Of a DNA stretch of 60,358 nucleotides, positions 19,398 to 29,355 are shown one piece after another (the first letter of the stretch is position 1; each line of letters opens with the position of its first letter). This stretch comes from a virus (taxonomy: Duplodnaviria; Caudoviricetes), in the IMG/VR virus record IMGVR_UViG_3300020439_001546, positions 1-60,358 of that record. One strand, written 5' to 3'. The position numbers and the translations under genes were made by a program. The notes beneath the pieces were generated by a model. The model worked only from the letters and a program-made list of their open reading frames with translations, was not told where the DNA came from and ran no database searches.

Positions 19398-19604
19398 TTA
19401 TACGCAGTTCGGGCACTCGCATCCGTCGCCACATTCACATTCAGATTCTACACATGGACAATCGTTGTCACAGACTTCGCAAATCACTGGTTGCTCCTTG
19501 TTAAACATGTTTTTAATTTCATCTTTATTAATTAAACAAATTGCAGCTACAATAATAACCGCCAAGAATGGTATCTTAAACTTCATAGTAGTCTCCTTAG
19601 ACAA
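19398..19604 (-). CDS. small membrane-anchored Cys-rich (metallothionein-like) protein
   Basis: N-terminal TM/signal and C-terminal 'CEVCDNDCPCVESECECGDGCECPNC' (9 Cys). Confidence 0.7.
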   Translation of the reverse strand: MSKETTMKFKIPFLAVIIVAAICLINKDEIKNMFNKEQPVICEVCDNDCPCVESECECGDGCECPNCV

Positions 19605-20853
19605 TAATATCTGTTAAAATTTTGCCTCCATCCACAATCTCGATGGGGCGATCACCGGGAGCCATTAGCTCTTTATCAGCGACTATTCCTAGTCTGTTGT
19701 AGATAGTAGCCGCCCAGTCTTCTATGTTGACTGGATTTTGATCTGGCTCGCTTGCGGTAGCATTTGAGGTTCCATATGTCATTCCTCCTTTGATTCCACC
19801 TCCAGCAAGCACTGTGCTGAATACTTTTGGCCAGTGGTCTCTTCCTGCACGGTTGTTTATCTTTGGAGTTCTTCCAAACTCAGAGACTACACAAACTAAA
19901 GTAGACTCTAGTAACCCACGCTGATCCAAGTCTTCGATAAGGCTTGCAAACCCTTGATCAAAAGCTGGCAACTGACTGTTCATGCCGTTAGCTATGTTGT
20001 CGTGCATGTCCCACCCACCGTATGTAAGTGTTACGAATCGTGTTCCAAACTCAACAAGTCTTCTAGCCAAGAGCATCCTTGCTCCGGCTGTATTCCTACC
20101 ATACTTATCTCTAATGTTCGCTGGTTCTTTTTCTATGTCAAAGGCGTCCTTTGCGTTTTGATCTCCTATCAAGCTGTATGCACGTTCATAAAAAGAATTC
20201 ATAGCTTTAACTGAGTCGGCGTTCTGCTTTTTGTTAAAGTTGGTATTTACCACATTAAGCACACGCTGCCTTCTTGTAAATCTTTCATCTGGAACCGGAA
20301 GTTGAAGATCTCTAACTTGGAAGTCGCTGCTAGCAGGGTCAGATCCCAAGCCAAATCCAGAATATGAACTACTCAGATATCCAGTACCTGCATATTCGTT
20401 AGGTTGGTTTGGTATGCAGACATACGGAGGAAGGTTTTTGCGAGGCCCAAACTCATGTGCAACCACTGAACCCATTGATGGGTATTGAAGGGCTGGGCTA
20501 GGTCTATAGCCAGTAAACATATTGTGTGTGCCACGTTCATGAGCAGCTTCTCCATGAGTTAGACTTCTTATAATGGTTAGCTTATCTGTGACTTTAGAGG
20601 TCTTTTTTAAAAGCTCGCCTATTCTAATACCCGGAGCAACCGTATCTATACTTCCAAGTGGGCCTCGATATTCAAGAGGGGCGAAAGGCTTAGGATCAAA
20701 AGTTTCCTGATGAGCCATTCCTCCCGGCAAATAAATAAATATAATACTCTTAGCTGGCCCCTCTTTGCTATCATAGTGCTTCTGATCAGCCATAGCCAAA
20801 GATGCACCAAAACTTCCTAAAATTCCAGCATGTAAAAAAGATCTTCTATCCAT
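19597..20853 (-). CDS. DUF1501 family protein, Tat-exported
   Basis: 'MDRRSFL', 'YLPGGMAHQETFDPKP', 'GGWDMH', 'SEFGRTPKIN..GRDHW'. Confidence 0.92.
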   Translation of the reverse strand: MDRRSFLHAGILGSFGASLAMADQKHYDSKEGPAKSIIFIYLPGGMAHQETFDPKPFAPLEYRGPLGSIDTVAPGIRIGELLKKTSKVTDKLTIIRSLTHGEAAHERGTHNMFTGYRPSPALQYPSMGSVVAHEFGPRKNLPPYVCIPNQPNEYAGTGYLSSSYSGFGLGSDPASSDFQVRDLQLPVPDERFTRRQRVLNVVNTNFNKKQNADSVKAMNSFYERAYSLIGDQNAKDAFDIEKEPANIRDKYGRNTAGARMLLARRLVEFGTRFVTLTYGGWDMHDNIANGMNSQLPAFDQGFASLIEDLDQRGLLESTLVCVVSEFGRTPKINNRAGRDHWPKVFSTVLAGGGIKGGMTYGTSNATASEPDQNPVNIEDWAATIYNRLGIVADKELMAPGDRPIEIVDGGKILTDIIV

Positions 20854-22112
20854 TATAATATAACCTTTGCTTCTCCTTCGAGTAAATATCTTGGTCGTCC
20901 AGACATGTCAGTACGCTGGATTCCGTGTTCAATTCCAAAGTGGTGGAACAGTGTGGCTTGTAGATCGAGTGGGCCAACAGGATTTTCTACAGGACTGTAT
21001 GATCTATCAGCTTCCCCAATCGTTCTGCCAGATTGATATTTACCACCCGCCATCATCATGGGTGTAATGGCAGGCCAGTGATCACGGCCAGCATTTGCAT
21101 TGATCTTAGTTCTGCCGAATTCTCCAGTTACAACCAATAAAACCTTTTCGTTTAAGCCTCTGTCCCAAAGGTCTTGCAAGAAACCTGCAATCGCCTTGTC
21201 AATAGGTGCAACTTTACTTTTAAGGGCGTTGGAAATATTGCTGTGCATGTCCCAACCACCGTAGTGTAATGTGACGAATTTAGTTCCATGTTCTACTAAT
21301 CTTCTTGCCAAGAGCATCTGTTCACCAATGTCATTGGCTTTTTCAGAGCCGTAAAGAGCTTTTGTTGCTTCTGACTCTTGATCTGTAGCAAACGCATCTT
21401 TGGCTGAACCAAGAATTACGTCGTATGCCTGACCTTTATAGAAGCCAACTGATTCAGCACCTCTTCCAGATATATCCTTAGCTGCTGAACCTAACGCCCC
21501 CAGAAGTTGCTTTCTGTTGCTGAATCTGTCGAGTTCGATCCGTGGTGTGAGATTGTCTTTATTGGACGGATCAAATGGCTTAAATGCTCCACCCAGCCAA
21601 GCACCTTCATCACCTTCAATTTTGCCTTGCTTAACATATGTTGGCACTCCATTTTGAGGGTGGTTTGTTCCATAAACAGATGAGATTAAAGAACCAAAGG
21701 AGGGGTATTTTGCGGTAGAGGTAGTAGTTCTTTCTGGATTGTAGTGTCCAGTCATCATAAAGTGTGTCCCCTGTCTGTGGGAAGAGTCTTTATGACTGAA
21801 GGAGTTTACTACGTTTAACTTTGATGTATGTTTAGACAGTTCGTACCAATCTTCTCCTAGGGTTATGTTAGTCTTTGCGTCATGCCTTGCCCCGTTTACT
21901 GGTTGCCATTCTGTTGGCACTGTGTCTTTTGGTGCATGGAATGTCTCAAACTGTGTGGGACCACCACCAAGCCAAACCCATACTACTGCCTTGTCATCAT
22001 AGCTTTGTGCGTTTGCGGCGAAAGCCTGATCTGAAAATCCAACGGCTGACATGCCAGCCCCAATAGATCCAATCCTAAGAAAATCTCTCCTGTTAAACAT
22101 AAAGTCAATCAT
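20853..22112 (-). CDS. DUF1501 family protein, Tat-exported
   Basis: 'NRRDFL', 'WLGGGPTQFETF', 'GGWDMH', 'GEFGRT.IN..GRDHW'. Confidence 0.92.
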   Translation of the reverse strand: MIDFMFNRRDFLRIGSIGAGMSAVGFSDQAFAANAQSYDDKAVVWVWLGGGPTQFETFHAPKDTVPTEWQPVNGARHDAKTNITLGEDWYELSKHTSKLNVVNSFSHKDSSHRQGTHFMMTGHYNPERTTTSTAKYPSFGSLISSVYGTNHPQNGVPTYVKQGKIEGDEGAWLGGAFKPFDPSNKDNLTPRIELDRFSNRKQLLGALGSAAKDISGRGAESVGFYKGQAYDVILGSAKDAFATDQESEATKALYGSEKANDIGEQMLLARRLVEHGTKFVTLHYGGWDMHSNISNALKSKVAPIDKAIAGFLQDLWDRGLNEKVLLVVTGEFGRTKINANAGRDHWPAITPMMMAGGKYQSGRTIGEADRSYSPVENPVGPLDLQATLFHHFGIEHGIQRTDMSGRPRYLLEGEAKVIL

Positions 22113-22124
22113 TTTATCATCTTT

Positions 22125-23162
22125 CTAGCCCGGAGCTTCATAAAAACCAATATTAAACCCTTCTCTTGTGCAATCCTCCACGGTTTTTTCCATTCCGTGT
22201 TGTTTGAGGTGCTTCTCTATATATATACACATTTTTTCGTCAGTACCCTCCCAATTGTTCTTGCAAAAATGACAAAGATATTTGCATTTCCAGTGGCTTC
22301 TGGTTTTGTCTAGGGGTTTTGGGTTGACATTCTGTCTAATTTCCTCGACTCTATTCTTCAGCATTTCTAGAAATCTGGTCTCATCCTCTGGGCCAAAACA
22401 AAGACTGAATGGTTTAGGGTCTCTTTCTCCGTCTTTGTCTTTGTAAAAGAATATACTCATGATCCTATTTGGGAAATCAGGGTATAGTTTAGATATAGCG
22501 TAAAAGTACAGTAGTAATTGTGCATCTTTTTCTAATTTTTCATAATCCTTCACCTCTCCAGTTGCCCAATCCATACGACGACCTGTTTTCCAGTCTACGA
22601 CCTCTATTGTTTCGTCATCAATTTTGGTAACTAGGTCGATTGTCCCCTTAATAGCAAGCTGCCCCTTTACTATTTCGCCATTAATCTCGTATTCAAACTT
22701 AGCCCAATCTTCTTCGATTGGTATGTCAAAATGTGGCTCAGGATGGTGAATGTTCCTAAGCCTTGGGTCAAATTGGCCGTCATTGTGATTCAAAAAAGTC
22801 CACACAGTTTCAGCTATGTCCCTTCTATCTTTTGGGCCAAACTTGTGCTTCGAGTTTTTTGCGTAGCAATCTATGGATATTTCAATTAATTCATTAACAA
22901 AATCATCGGTATATAATCTATCTTTATGTACCCTGATCTTACCAGCAGCGTCATCTTCAACTACCAAGTACTTTTTTCTAGAATTGTCTTGTTGAAATTT
23001 CTTTAACCCTGCCAATATCTCCATAGCCTTATGAGCCATCGTTCCCATGTCGGCCTTTTTACCGCTATCTGACTGATGCCCTAAAACATAGGTTATAAAG
23101 TACTGCATTTCACAGTACGAATAATTATTATAGCTTGAACTTCTAACATAGGTAACTAACAT
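22125..23162 (-). CDS. PD-(D/E)XK exonuclease (RecB/Cas4-like)
   Basis: 'GT.AH', 'GTID', 'VVDWKTG', 'QLLLY', and C-terminal Cys cluster 'CKYLCHFC'. Confidence 0.85.
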   Translation of the reverse strand: MLVTYVRSSSYNNYSYCEMQYFITYVLGHQSDSGKKADMGTMAHKAMEILAGLKKFQQDNSRKKYLVVEDDAAGKIRVHKDRLYTDDFVNELIEISIDCYAKNSKHKFGPKDRRDIAETVWTFLNHNDGQFDPRLRNIHHPEPHFDIPIEEDWAKFEYEINGEIVKGQLAIKGTIDLVTKIDDETIEVVDWKTGRRMDWATGEVKDYEKLEKDAQLLLYFYAISKLYPDFPNRIMSIFFYKDKDGERDPKPFSLCFGPEDETRFLEMLKNRVEEIRQNVNPKPLDKTRSHWKCKYLCHFCKNNWEGTDEKMCIYIEKHLKQHGMEKTVEDCTREGFNIGFYEAPG

Positions 23163-23170
23163 TGATTCTC

Positions 23171-23878
23171 CTAAAAGTTAAGGTAAAATTCTTTAACCTT
23201 CACTATTAAATCATCAATGCTATTATCTTTATTATTTATGCAGCTTGTGAAGGGATAATCGTCCAACGCTACTTCGCTAGAGTGATCATCGTCATATATA
23301 TTTCTTGTTAATCTCAACAGGCGTCCGCCAGCCCGTTCAATTGCTTTTGCTTCGTTTGGAAATCTAACGTCTGCTATAATAGCTAACTCAGATTGCTCCG
23401 CCTGTATCTTTCTTATACAGGAGTCTACCCAGATTGGTTCATACATCTTGCGGCAAACGTCTGTGCCAAAAAACTGCATGAACTCACGAGCGGTCATTGG
23501 TCCTTCGTTTGTGGTGACTCCCGGTATATTCTCCCACAGCAAATGCTCCTGCACTTGATTCTTCTGCTCATCTGTCCCAAAGACGCACTCATATGGAATA
23601 TTGAACAGTTCAACACAAATCCTCTTCAGTTCATCTGCGAAGCTATAGAGTTTTACGAAAGGCCACATGTTATATTCTGCGTACTCGGAGAATGCTCTAT
23701 CTTGACGGGTTACATCAAACTCTCCCCATCCCCCTTCTGTCTGTACTAAGAGTTCCCCAGAAGCACCAATGTTCCAGTCCTCAATATTATTAAGCCTCTT
23801 TAAAACTACTCCATGTAATATATTGGCTGTGGTATTTTTACCCGCCTGTTTCCTTCCTGATATTCCAAGTATCTTCAT
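23171..23878 (-). CDS. deoxynucleoside monophosphate kinase
   Basis: 'GISGRKQAGKNT', 'SFADELK', 'REFMQFFGTD', 'IADVRFPNE', 'HSSE'. Confidence 0.9.
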   Translation of the reverse strand: MKILGISGRKQAGKNTTANILHGVVLKRLNNIEDWNIGASGELLVQTEGGWGEFDVTRQDRAFSEYAEYNMWPFVKLYSFADELKRICVELFNIPYECVFGTDEQKNQVQEHLLWENIPGVTTNEGPMTAREFMQFFGTDVCRKMYEPIWVDSCIRKIQAEQSELAIIADVRFPNEAKAIERAGGRLLRLTRNIYDDDHSSEVALDDYPFTSCINNKDNSIDDLIVKVKEFYLNF

Positions 23879-24918
23879 CAATAGCATCCATTTAAATTTG
23901 AAAGTATTTGTTCTTTTATACTGTCTATAGACATGACCCCTAGATCGTTTGACCTTATATGCGGAAACGAAAGACTGAAGAGCCTGTTTAAATCCCTGTT
24001 GATTTTTATCTTAGACTCTCGTCCAGCTTGATCATTGTCGGTTATAATAATTAATTTTGTTATCCCAGCCTGTAGTATTAACGACTTCTGTTTTTCAGAT
24101 ATATCTTTACCAAAAAGACCGGCAGCATTTCTTACTCCCGCTTCAAAAAGTTTCCAAACATCTCCCTGCCCCTCGACTAAGAACAGGCAATGTTTACTTT
24201 TAGCAGCTCTGATGGCCTCGTCGTAATTGTACAGATAGTCTGTTTTTCTAATCCCTTCTGAAAACAGGTACTTTGGTTGAAGCCAGTTATTTGTAGCCCT
24301 AGCTATATATCCCACTTGCGACTCATTGTATCTGATCGGTATAATTGAACGGTGTCTCATAGGAGAATCGTTATTGGAACAATCCTCCACGCCGAAATGC
24401 TTTAATGTATTCCTGTTAAATCCTCTGCTTTCAAAATACGGGGAGTGACCAATGGTGGGAACACAGTCAAATTCACAAGCAGCATTATCTTGCCAATCTT
24501 TTGTTTTGAAGTTATTTACTAGGCTTACAAAATCATCTTCAGGTACGACTGCTTTTTTAACCTTGGAAGATTTAGCGTTATCAACGTTGTATATCTTACA
24601 TATGTGTCTCAACGCATCTGAAAATGACGACGGTTCATCACGACTCTGTAAGACACCTCTAACGAAAGCAAAGATATCTGTTCCAAACTCTTCTTGGCAC
24701 CCTCTCGTCCAACATCTCCACATTTGTTTATCTAAAGATATTGATAGTGCGTTTGGGTTATCGCTACCCTCGTGTATAGGGCAGCTCATAAATATATTAT
24801 CTCCATCTTGGGTATATTCCAAACCGAAACTATCCAAAAGTAGATCAATATCGGTAAATATTATTTTTTTTACATGATTTAAATCAAGCGTTTTAGGCTT
24901 GGTTTTTTGTGAACTCAT
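23878..24918 (-). CDS. dnaG: DNA primase (CHC2 zinc finger + TOPRIM)
   Basis: 'CPIH...WRCWTRGC', 'LVEGQGD', 'DNDQAG'. Confidence 0.9.
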   Translation of the reverse strand: MSSQKTKPKTLDLNHVKKIIFTDIDLLLDSFGLEYTQDGDNIFMSCPIHEGSDNPNALSISLDKQMWRCWTRGCQEEFGTDIFAFVRGVLQSRDEPSSFSDALRHICKIYNVDNAKSSKVKKAVVPEDDFVSLVNNFKTKDWQDNAACEFDCVPTIGHSPYFESRGFNRNTLKHFGVEDCSNNDSPMRHRSIIPIRYNESQVGYIARATNNWLQPKYLFSEGIRKTDYLYNYDEAIRAAKSKHCLFLVEGQGDVWKLFEAGVRNAAGLFGKDISEKQKSLILQAGITKLIIITDNDQAGRESKIKINRDLNRLFSLSFPHIRSNDLGVMSIDSIKEQILSNLNGCY

Positions 24919-25054
24919 ACCATAAGAATCCTGAATTAGCCGCAGCGTAAGAAAACCACACTAAAGCGTGGGGAAAATCTTTCTGCCTTACATTATCAAT
25001 ACCACACGCTAAGTAGCATAGCGTAGAAATCCCAATCGCCCAAGTAGCAAGCAT
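24893..25054 (-). CDS. small membrane protein (53 aa, not in ORF track)
   Basis: Translated by hand as MLATWAIGISTLCYLACGIDNVRQKDFPHALVWFSYAAANSGFLWYEFTKNQA. TAATG coupling to the dnaB stop. Confidence 0.7.
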   Translation of the reverse strand: MLATWAIGISTLCYLACGIDNVRQKDFPHALVWFSYAAANSGFLWYEFTKNQA

Positions 25055-26505
25055 TAATCTTCCTCCCATATTTGATCATCAAACGGTGCATCTGCCCCTT
25101 CTATAACATCGCCATCAGGTGAAGATCTCATCTCATCTCTAGTCCTTAGCTCATTTAGTTTTGAGTGAGCACCCAACATATTTAGGTTTATGTAGTTACC
25201 ATCTAGTAATCCCGCACCATGACGTGCTTTTAAGGTAACTAGCTTTCTATTTCCTCCATTTGGACCGTCCTCAGCTAGCTCCTCTGCGGACTTCAATTTA
25301 AATATGGAGAAAGATGTGCATAGCCAAATAAGTCTGTCAGAGCCGCTCACAGCGTCTGTGGACTCTTTAGTTATTCCGTCTCTGTTTAGCTGTACGAATG
25401 ATAAACATGGAAAATCGTACTTGACAGCTAGATTATGCAGGTTTGTAATTTGAAAGCCTAACGCTTGATACTCTTGCATATTGTTATTAATTGAGCTGGA
25501 CGACATTAGTTTTAAGTAGTCGTAAACAACAAGGCAATCGTTTGTCCTGCCGTTCTCGTCTTGACCCACCTCTTGAATGATCCAGCGTTTAATTGTATTT
25601 AAGATAGTTTCAAACGGAGCACCCGCAACACTGACGTATGTATATGGAATATCTCTAATCTCGTCAATAGCACTACGAACAGCTATAAACTTTTCGTCGT
25701 CCTCAGCAAACTTTCCCGTGGATATTTCCTCAATAGGAACACCGCTTATATTGGAAAGTATTCTGTTGAGGTGATCTTCTTTGCTCATCTCGGTATCTAA
25801 CATCAAAACCGGTGTGCCGTTGCGAGCATTGTACAGTGCTACATTATCAGCAAACACCGACTTGCCAACGCCGGGACGAGCAGATACAAGATCAACACAC
25901 TTGCGGCGTAGGCCACCACCGATAACAGCATCAAACCTAGGGAAACCGCTTGGTAGTCCGATTTGGTCACACTTATTCTCCACTAAAAAGTCAATGTATT
26001 CGTCTATATTGTCGCCCAGCATCTCGGGCTTTTGACCTACTTCGTCATCCCGTAGAAAGTCCGTAATTGGATTCTCAAGCAATCCTACGATGTGATCTAT
26101 GTCCTCATCGCCCTTGATGTTGTCTATATCGTTAGATATCTTCTTGGCAATAAGTTTGGCTTTTCTTGCTAGCTCAAACTTTTTAACCTGTGCTGCAAAA
26201 TGAAGGACGTTTTGCTTGCTAACAGGAAATTCCATCAAGGAATGAATATACTGAAGTTCTTGTCTGGTGTTTACAGAATCCGAAAGGCTCAGTTGTTCGG
26301 CAGCGGACAACACCGCTGGCAGATCAACATGTGCATCTGACTGTAAGACCTTTTCGATACACTTGAACAGAACTTGGTTATTCTGATGTGCAAAGCTATT
26401 ATGGGTTACAATATCTGATAGTTCAACATATGCCTCAAGTCCATACGAGAACAGGCTCGCAAGCAATGCTCTCTCTGAACCGAGGTCGCTCAATTGTGAG
26501 TTCAT
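25054..26505 (-). CDS. dnaB: replicative DNA helicase
   Basis: 'SARPGVGKS' Walker A, 'DTEM', 'VYDYLKL', 'QLNR', 'KARHG'. Confidence 0.95.
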   Translation of the reverse strand: MNSQLSDLGSERALLASLFSYGLEAYVELSDIVTHNSFAHQNNQVLFKCIEKVLQSDAHVDLPAVLSAAEQLSLSDSVNTRQELQYIHSLMEFPVSKQNVLHFAAQVKKFELARKAKLIAKKISNDIDNIKGDEDIDHIVGLLENPITDFLRDDEVGQKPEMLGDNIDEYIDFLVENKCDQIGLPSGFPRFDAVIGGGLRRKCVDLVSARPGVGKSVFADNVALYNARNGTPVLMLDTEMSKEDHLNRILSNISGVPIEEISTGKFAEDDEKFIAVRSAIDEIRDIPYTYVSVAGAPFETILNTIKRWIIQEVGQDENGRTNDCLVVYDYLKLMSSSSINNNMQEYQALGFQITNLHNLAVKYDFPCLSFVQLNRDGITKESTDAVSGSDRLIWLCTSFSIFKLKSAEELAEDGPNGGNRKLVTLKARHGAGLLDGNYINLNMLGAHSKLNELRTRDEMRSSPDGDVIEGADAPFDDQIWEED

Positions 26506-26508
26506 TAA

Positions 26509-26934
26509 TTATCTTCCTATGCAGCGATCACATCTTGGAAACTCGCCGTAAATTAGATTTGGGTTTGTATTAAATTTCTTACCGCAAACATGGCACTCAA
26601 CTGAGACTTGCTTTGCGGGTTTTCTTCTCCTTGGGGTCTTCATCTTTTCAAACTTTTCGTAATCAAAGTCTTCATCGGGATCTTCGCCGTAGTCAACCCA
26701 CTGATTTTGTTTAAACTTCACTGGTACTTTTCCATTCGGTTTAGCATTACCTGTAGACACTGTAAAATCCTCTTTAACTCTACGCTGAGTTGGGCTGTCA
26801 GTGTCTTTAACATTTTCTACTTGTTCTTTCACGTCATCACTCTTAACATTACTATTCAGTAGTCCTTCGACCAGTTGATCTTTCTGTTCAGGTGTTAAGG
26901 AGTTCAGAAGTGCTTTTACTATATCATCGCTCAT
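26509..26934 (-). CDS. hypothetical protein with C-terminal zinc ribbon
   Basis: 'CHVCG...CDRC'. Confidence 0.65.
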   Translation of the reverse strand: MSDDIVKALLNSLTPEQKDQLVEGLLNSNVKSDDVKEQVENVKDTDSPTQRRVKEDFTVSTGNAKPNGKVPVKFKQNQWVDYGEDPDEDFDYEKFEKMKTPRRRKPAKQVSVECHVCGKKFNTNPNLIYGEFPRCDRCIGR

Positions 26935-27395
26935 TTTCTCTTACCTTTTTCAATTAGTATGTCTGCCTTGCGGCGAACGTTGTACTCTCTACTTTTTAGG
27001 TTTTCCAACCTCCCCTCCGCTGTCATTTTCCATTCATTTATCTTGTGGGCCAAGTCATGATTTCTAAGGATGGTTGCAACCTTGGTGTCGTGTTTTGCGT
27101 ATTGATCCCAAGTTCCGTTGTTTATCTCGGAGGATATAATGCTTTGTAACGTGTTATCGCACCATCTCCTCACATTCTCGCACTTTGCCTTCTCCTTGGA
27201 TACATGGTCAGCAAACTGGTATAACTGGTAAGCGTGATTAAAGCAGTCGTCTTGGTTTAGCTTCTCCATGTCTTCAATAGAGAGCATTTCTGCTATTGCA
27301 AATTCTGGCCTAAATACAGTGCTAACCACATTTTTGGCTGTTATGTATGCGTCAATACCGTCTAAAAAATGTTGTAGTCTATCAGCGGCGTTCAA
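26931..27395 (-). CDS. hypothetical helical protein (possible UvsY-like recombination mediator)
   Basis: 154-aa helical ORF between recA and dnaB. The function is a guess from position only. Confidence 0.5.
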   Translation of the reverse strand: MNAADRLQHFLDGIDAYITAKNVVSTVFRPEFAIAEMLSIEDMEKLNQDDCFNHAYQLYQFADHVSKEKAKCENVRRWCDNTLQSIISSEINNGTWDQYAKHDTKVATILRNHDLAHKINEWKMTAEGRLENLKSREYNVRRKADILIEKGKRK

Positions 27396-27798
27396 GCTTC
27401 TCTCTCCAATAATCTTCTGAGTCGTCGTACCTTAAAACGATTAATTCAATGTCGTTAACCCTGCACCACTCTGCTTTATCTTTATCTCTAGCCTTGGCTT
27501 GCAGGAATCCTGCCTTGCTTTTATGAAAGAAGGGTGTGTACTTAAAATGTTGTTGACCGTGAACCTCCACACCTATTTTAACATTTGGAATTAGAAAGTC
27601 AAGGTATAGAACAGATTTTTTTGATGGTTTAACAGTTCCCGGTAACTTCACCTCTTCCAATATCGAATAACCTTTGAATATTTCTTTAATCAATTCTCTG
27701 GCTTTGATGTGAAAAAAGGATCTTTTGCTTCGGTCGTTGTCTATATATTTTTTAAGGTCGAGATTATATTCTCGGCCATTTAAGCCCGTTACCTTCAT
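27382..27798 (-). CDS. Vsr/DUF559-like PD-(D/E)XK endonuclease
   Basis: 'LDFLIP...VEVHGQQH...RDKDK..WC...I.L'. Confidence 0.75.
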   Translation of the reverse strand: MKVTGLNGREYNLDLKKYIDNDRSKRSFFHIKARELIKEIFKGYSILEEVKLPGTVKPSKKSVLYLDFLIPNVKIGVEVHGQQHFKYTPFFHKSKAGFLQAKARDKDKAEWCRVNDIELIVLRYDDSEDYWREKLERR

Positions 27799-28913
27799 AG
27801 AAACACTTCCCTAATCTGCTGATAGATAAAGTTGGTAATGTCTTCATTTGTTTCTAGAAAGTTTGTTACACGCTCCATACCTTGAAACTTGAAAGCTTTT
27901 GTTACGGCCTCCTCGTCTTCTGGATCGACTTCGTTTTCTATGAGCCAGCTTTTGATCGTTGGGTCTTCTCTATTTTCTACCGCACAGGTAATTGTATACC
28001 AAGCTCCGCTACGGTCAATCATGGCAAATTCACTTGCGATCTGTGCCACTTCTTGGCATTCGTCAATACCTACACCATATCTAATCCAACTTTCTGTAGT
28101 TTTAAGTGGCGTACCTCCAGCAGCAGAAGTTTTTATCAACCAGTTGGCAATTTGTCCTACGTGATTGCCTGAGTCTTTTGGAACCTCCCATTTACCCCGA
28201 TGGGTTATCACCATGTTTGTACCAGCCTGATACTGTAACATATTACCGCAATCAGCCATCTTACTCGGTGAGTATCTACTACCGCCAGTATTAGCAATGT
28301 TATGTGTGATAAAGATACAAATGGCCTTCATTCTAGCGACATCACCGCTAATACGCTTAAAGAACATGGAAAGTAAACGCGGTAAGGCATTACGAACACC
28401 CGTTCTAATTTCTCCATCAAGTTCGTCTTGGGGAACCATGCTGGAAGTAGAATCTACAATCGCTACAAGGTCGGGTGTACCCTTGATGTATTTCTCTAGC
28501 GAGTTAAGATATCTTTCAGCAGAGACTAAAGGTTCTTTATCTGTGGCCTGAACAATTTTAATTTTAGACACATCGAGATCTTTGATCCCCTTGAAGTTTT
28601 CTTTAGTCAGTCTACCTTCGGTATTAAAGTATATTACATTCTTGCCTTCTTTCTGAGCTTTAGCGGCAAAGTAGAGGGCTGTGGTCGTCTTTCCGGTTTT
28701 AGGATCTCCGGTCATAACTACGCAGCTACCTTCTCTAAGACCTCCACCAAGAGCTATATCTAAAGCGGGAGAAATACCTATGGTCTTGTAATTTTCTAGA
28801 GAGGCTAGGACTTCGGTTCCTGATTCTACTATCGCACCATATTTCTTGTTTATCTCATTGCTGATTGGATCGTCTTCAAATTGAATCGTCTTCGATTTCT
28901 TTGCCATTTTCAA
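27795..28913 (-). CDS. recA: RecA/UvsX-like recombinase
   Basis: 'LDIALGGG', Walker A 'GDPKTGKTT', 'NTEG', 'IVDS', 'SGAWY'. Confidence 0.9.
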   Translation of the reverse strand: MKMAKKSKTIQFEDDPISNEINKKYGAIVESGTEVLASLENYKTIGISPALDIALGGGLREGSCVVMTGDPKTGKTTTALYFAAKAQKEGKNVIYFNTEGRLTKENFKGIKDLDVSKIKIVQATDKEPLVSAERYLNSLEKYIKGTPDLVAIVDSTSSMVPQDELDGEIRTGVRNALPRLLSMFFKRISGDVARMKAICIFITHNIANTGGSRYSPSKMADCGNMLQYQAGTNMVITHRGKWEVPKDSGNHVGQIANWLIKTSAAGGTPLKTTESWIRYGVGIDECQEVAQIASEFAMIDRSGAWYTITCAVENREDPTIKSWLIENEVDPEDEEAVTKAFKFQGMERVTNFLETNEDITNFIYQQIREVFL

Positions 28914-29355
28914 TATCCCTTAGTTTGTCAAGAATGTTTTTGCGACCGAGGCTTTTCTTGCGATGTTTTGCATTTTTCTTTACATCCATCTTCTGAGCTT
29001 TTTTCGGTCTGTCATTTAATAATAGCTGGTAACGCTTAATTATACCAATAGCTTTTGGGTGATTAAGAGAAAAAATACGTTTGAAGTCATCAGAGAGAAC
29101 AGCTTTGACTAAAGCTTCTTCGGTGATAGACTTGTCTTTGAGTATTTTATTAGCAGCGAACAACTGTCTTTTGAAAGTCCAGTCCCAAGGTTTCTTACTC
29201 CAAAACTTGTAGGGTAGAGATCCTACGTTTTTATTCTCTGCGTTTTTACGACACATAATTTCTGCGACGTAAGCTGAACATGTACAGTATTCACCCGTGC
29301 TTTCATGTTTGTACTTGCTCTTCTCCGTTCGCTTCCTTTTCTTTTTTGCCGACAT
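28876..29355 (-). CDS. hypothetical basic protein
   Basis: 159-aa Lys-rich ORF in operon. Confidence 0.65.
   Translation of the reverse strand: MSAKKKRKRTEKSKYKHESTGEYCTCSAYVAEIMCRKNAENKNVGSLPYKFWSKKPWDWTFKRQLFAANKILKDKSITEEALVKAVLSDDFKRIFSLNHPKAIGIIKRYQLLLNDRPKKAQKMDVKKNAKHRKKSLGRKNILDKLRDIENGKEIEDDSI

Noticed and set aside
17794-22112. Window being a bacterial chromosome segment because of the DUF1501 genes
   Set aside because: The surrounding rIIA/rIIB, dNMP kinase, single-strand gene packing and similar-looking composition indicate a phage. The cassette is tightly coupled to phage genes on both sides.
22125-23162. Cas4 of a CRISPR system
   Set aside because: No repeat-spacer array or other cas genes were seen. 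Stand-alone Cas4-like nucleases are normal in phage replication modules.
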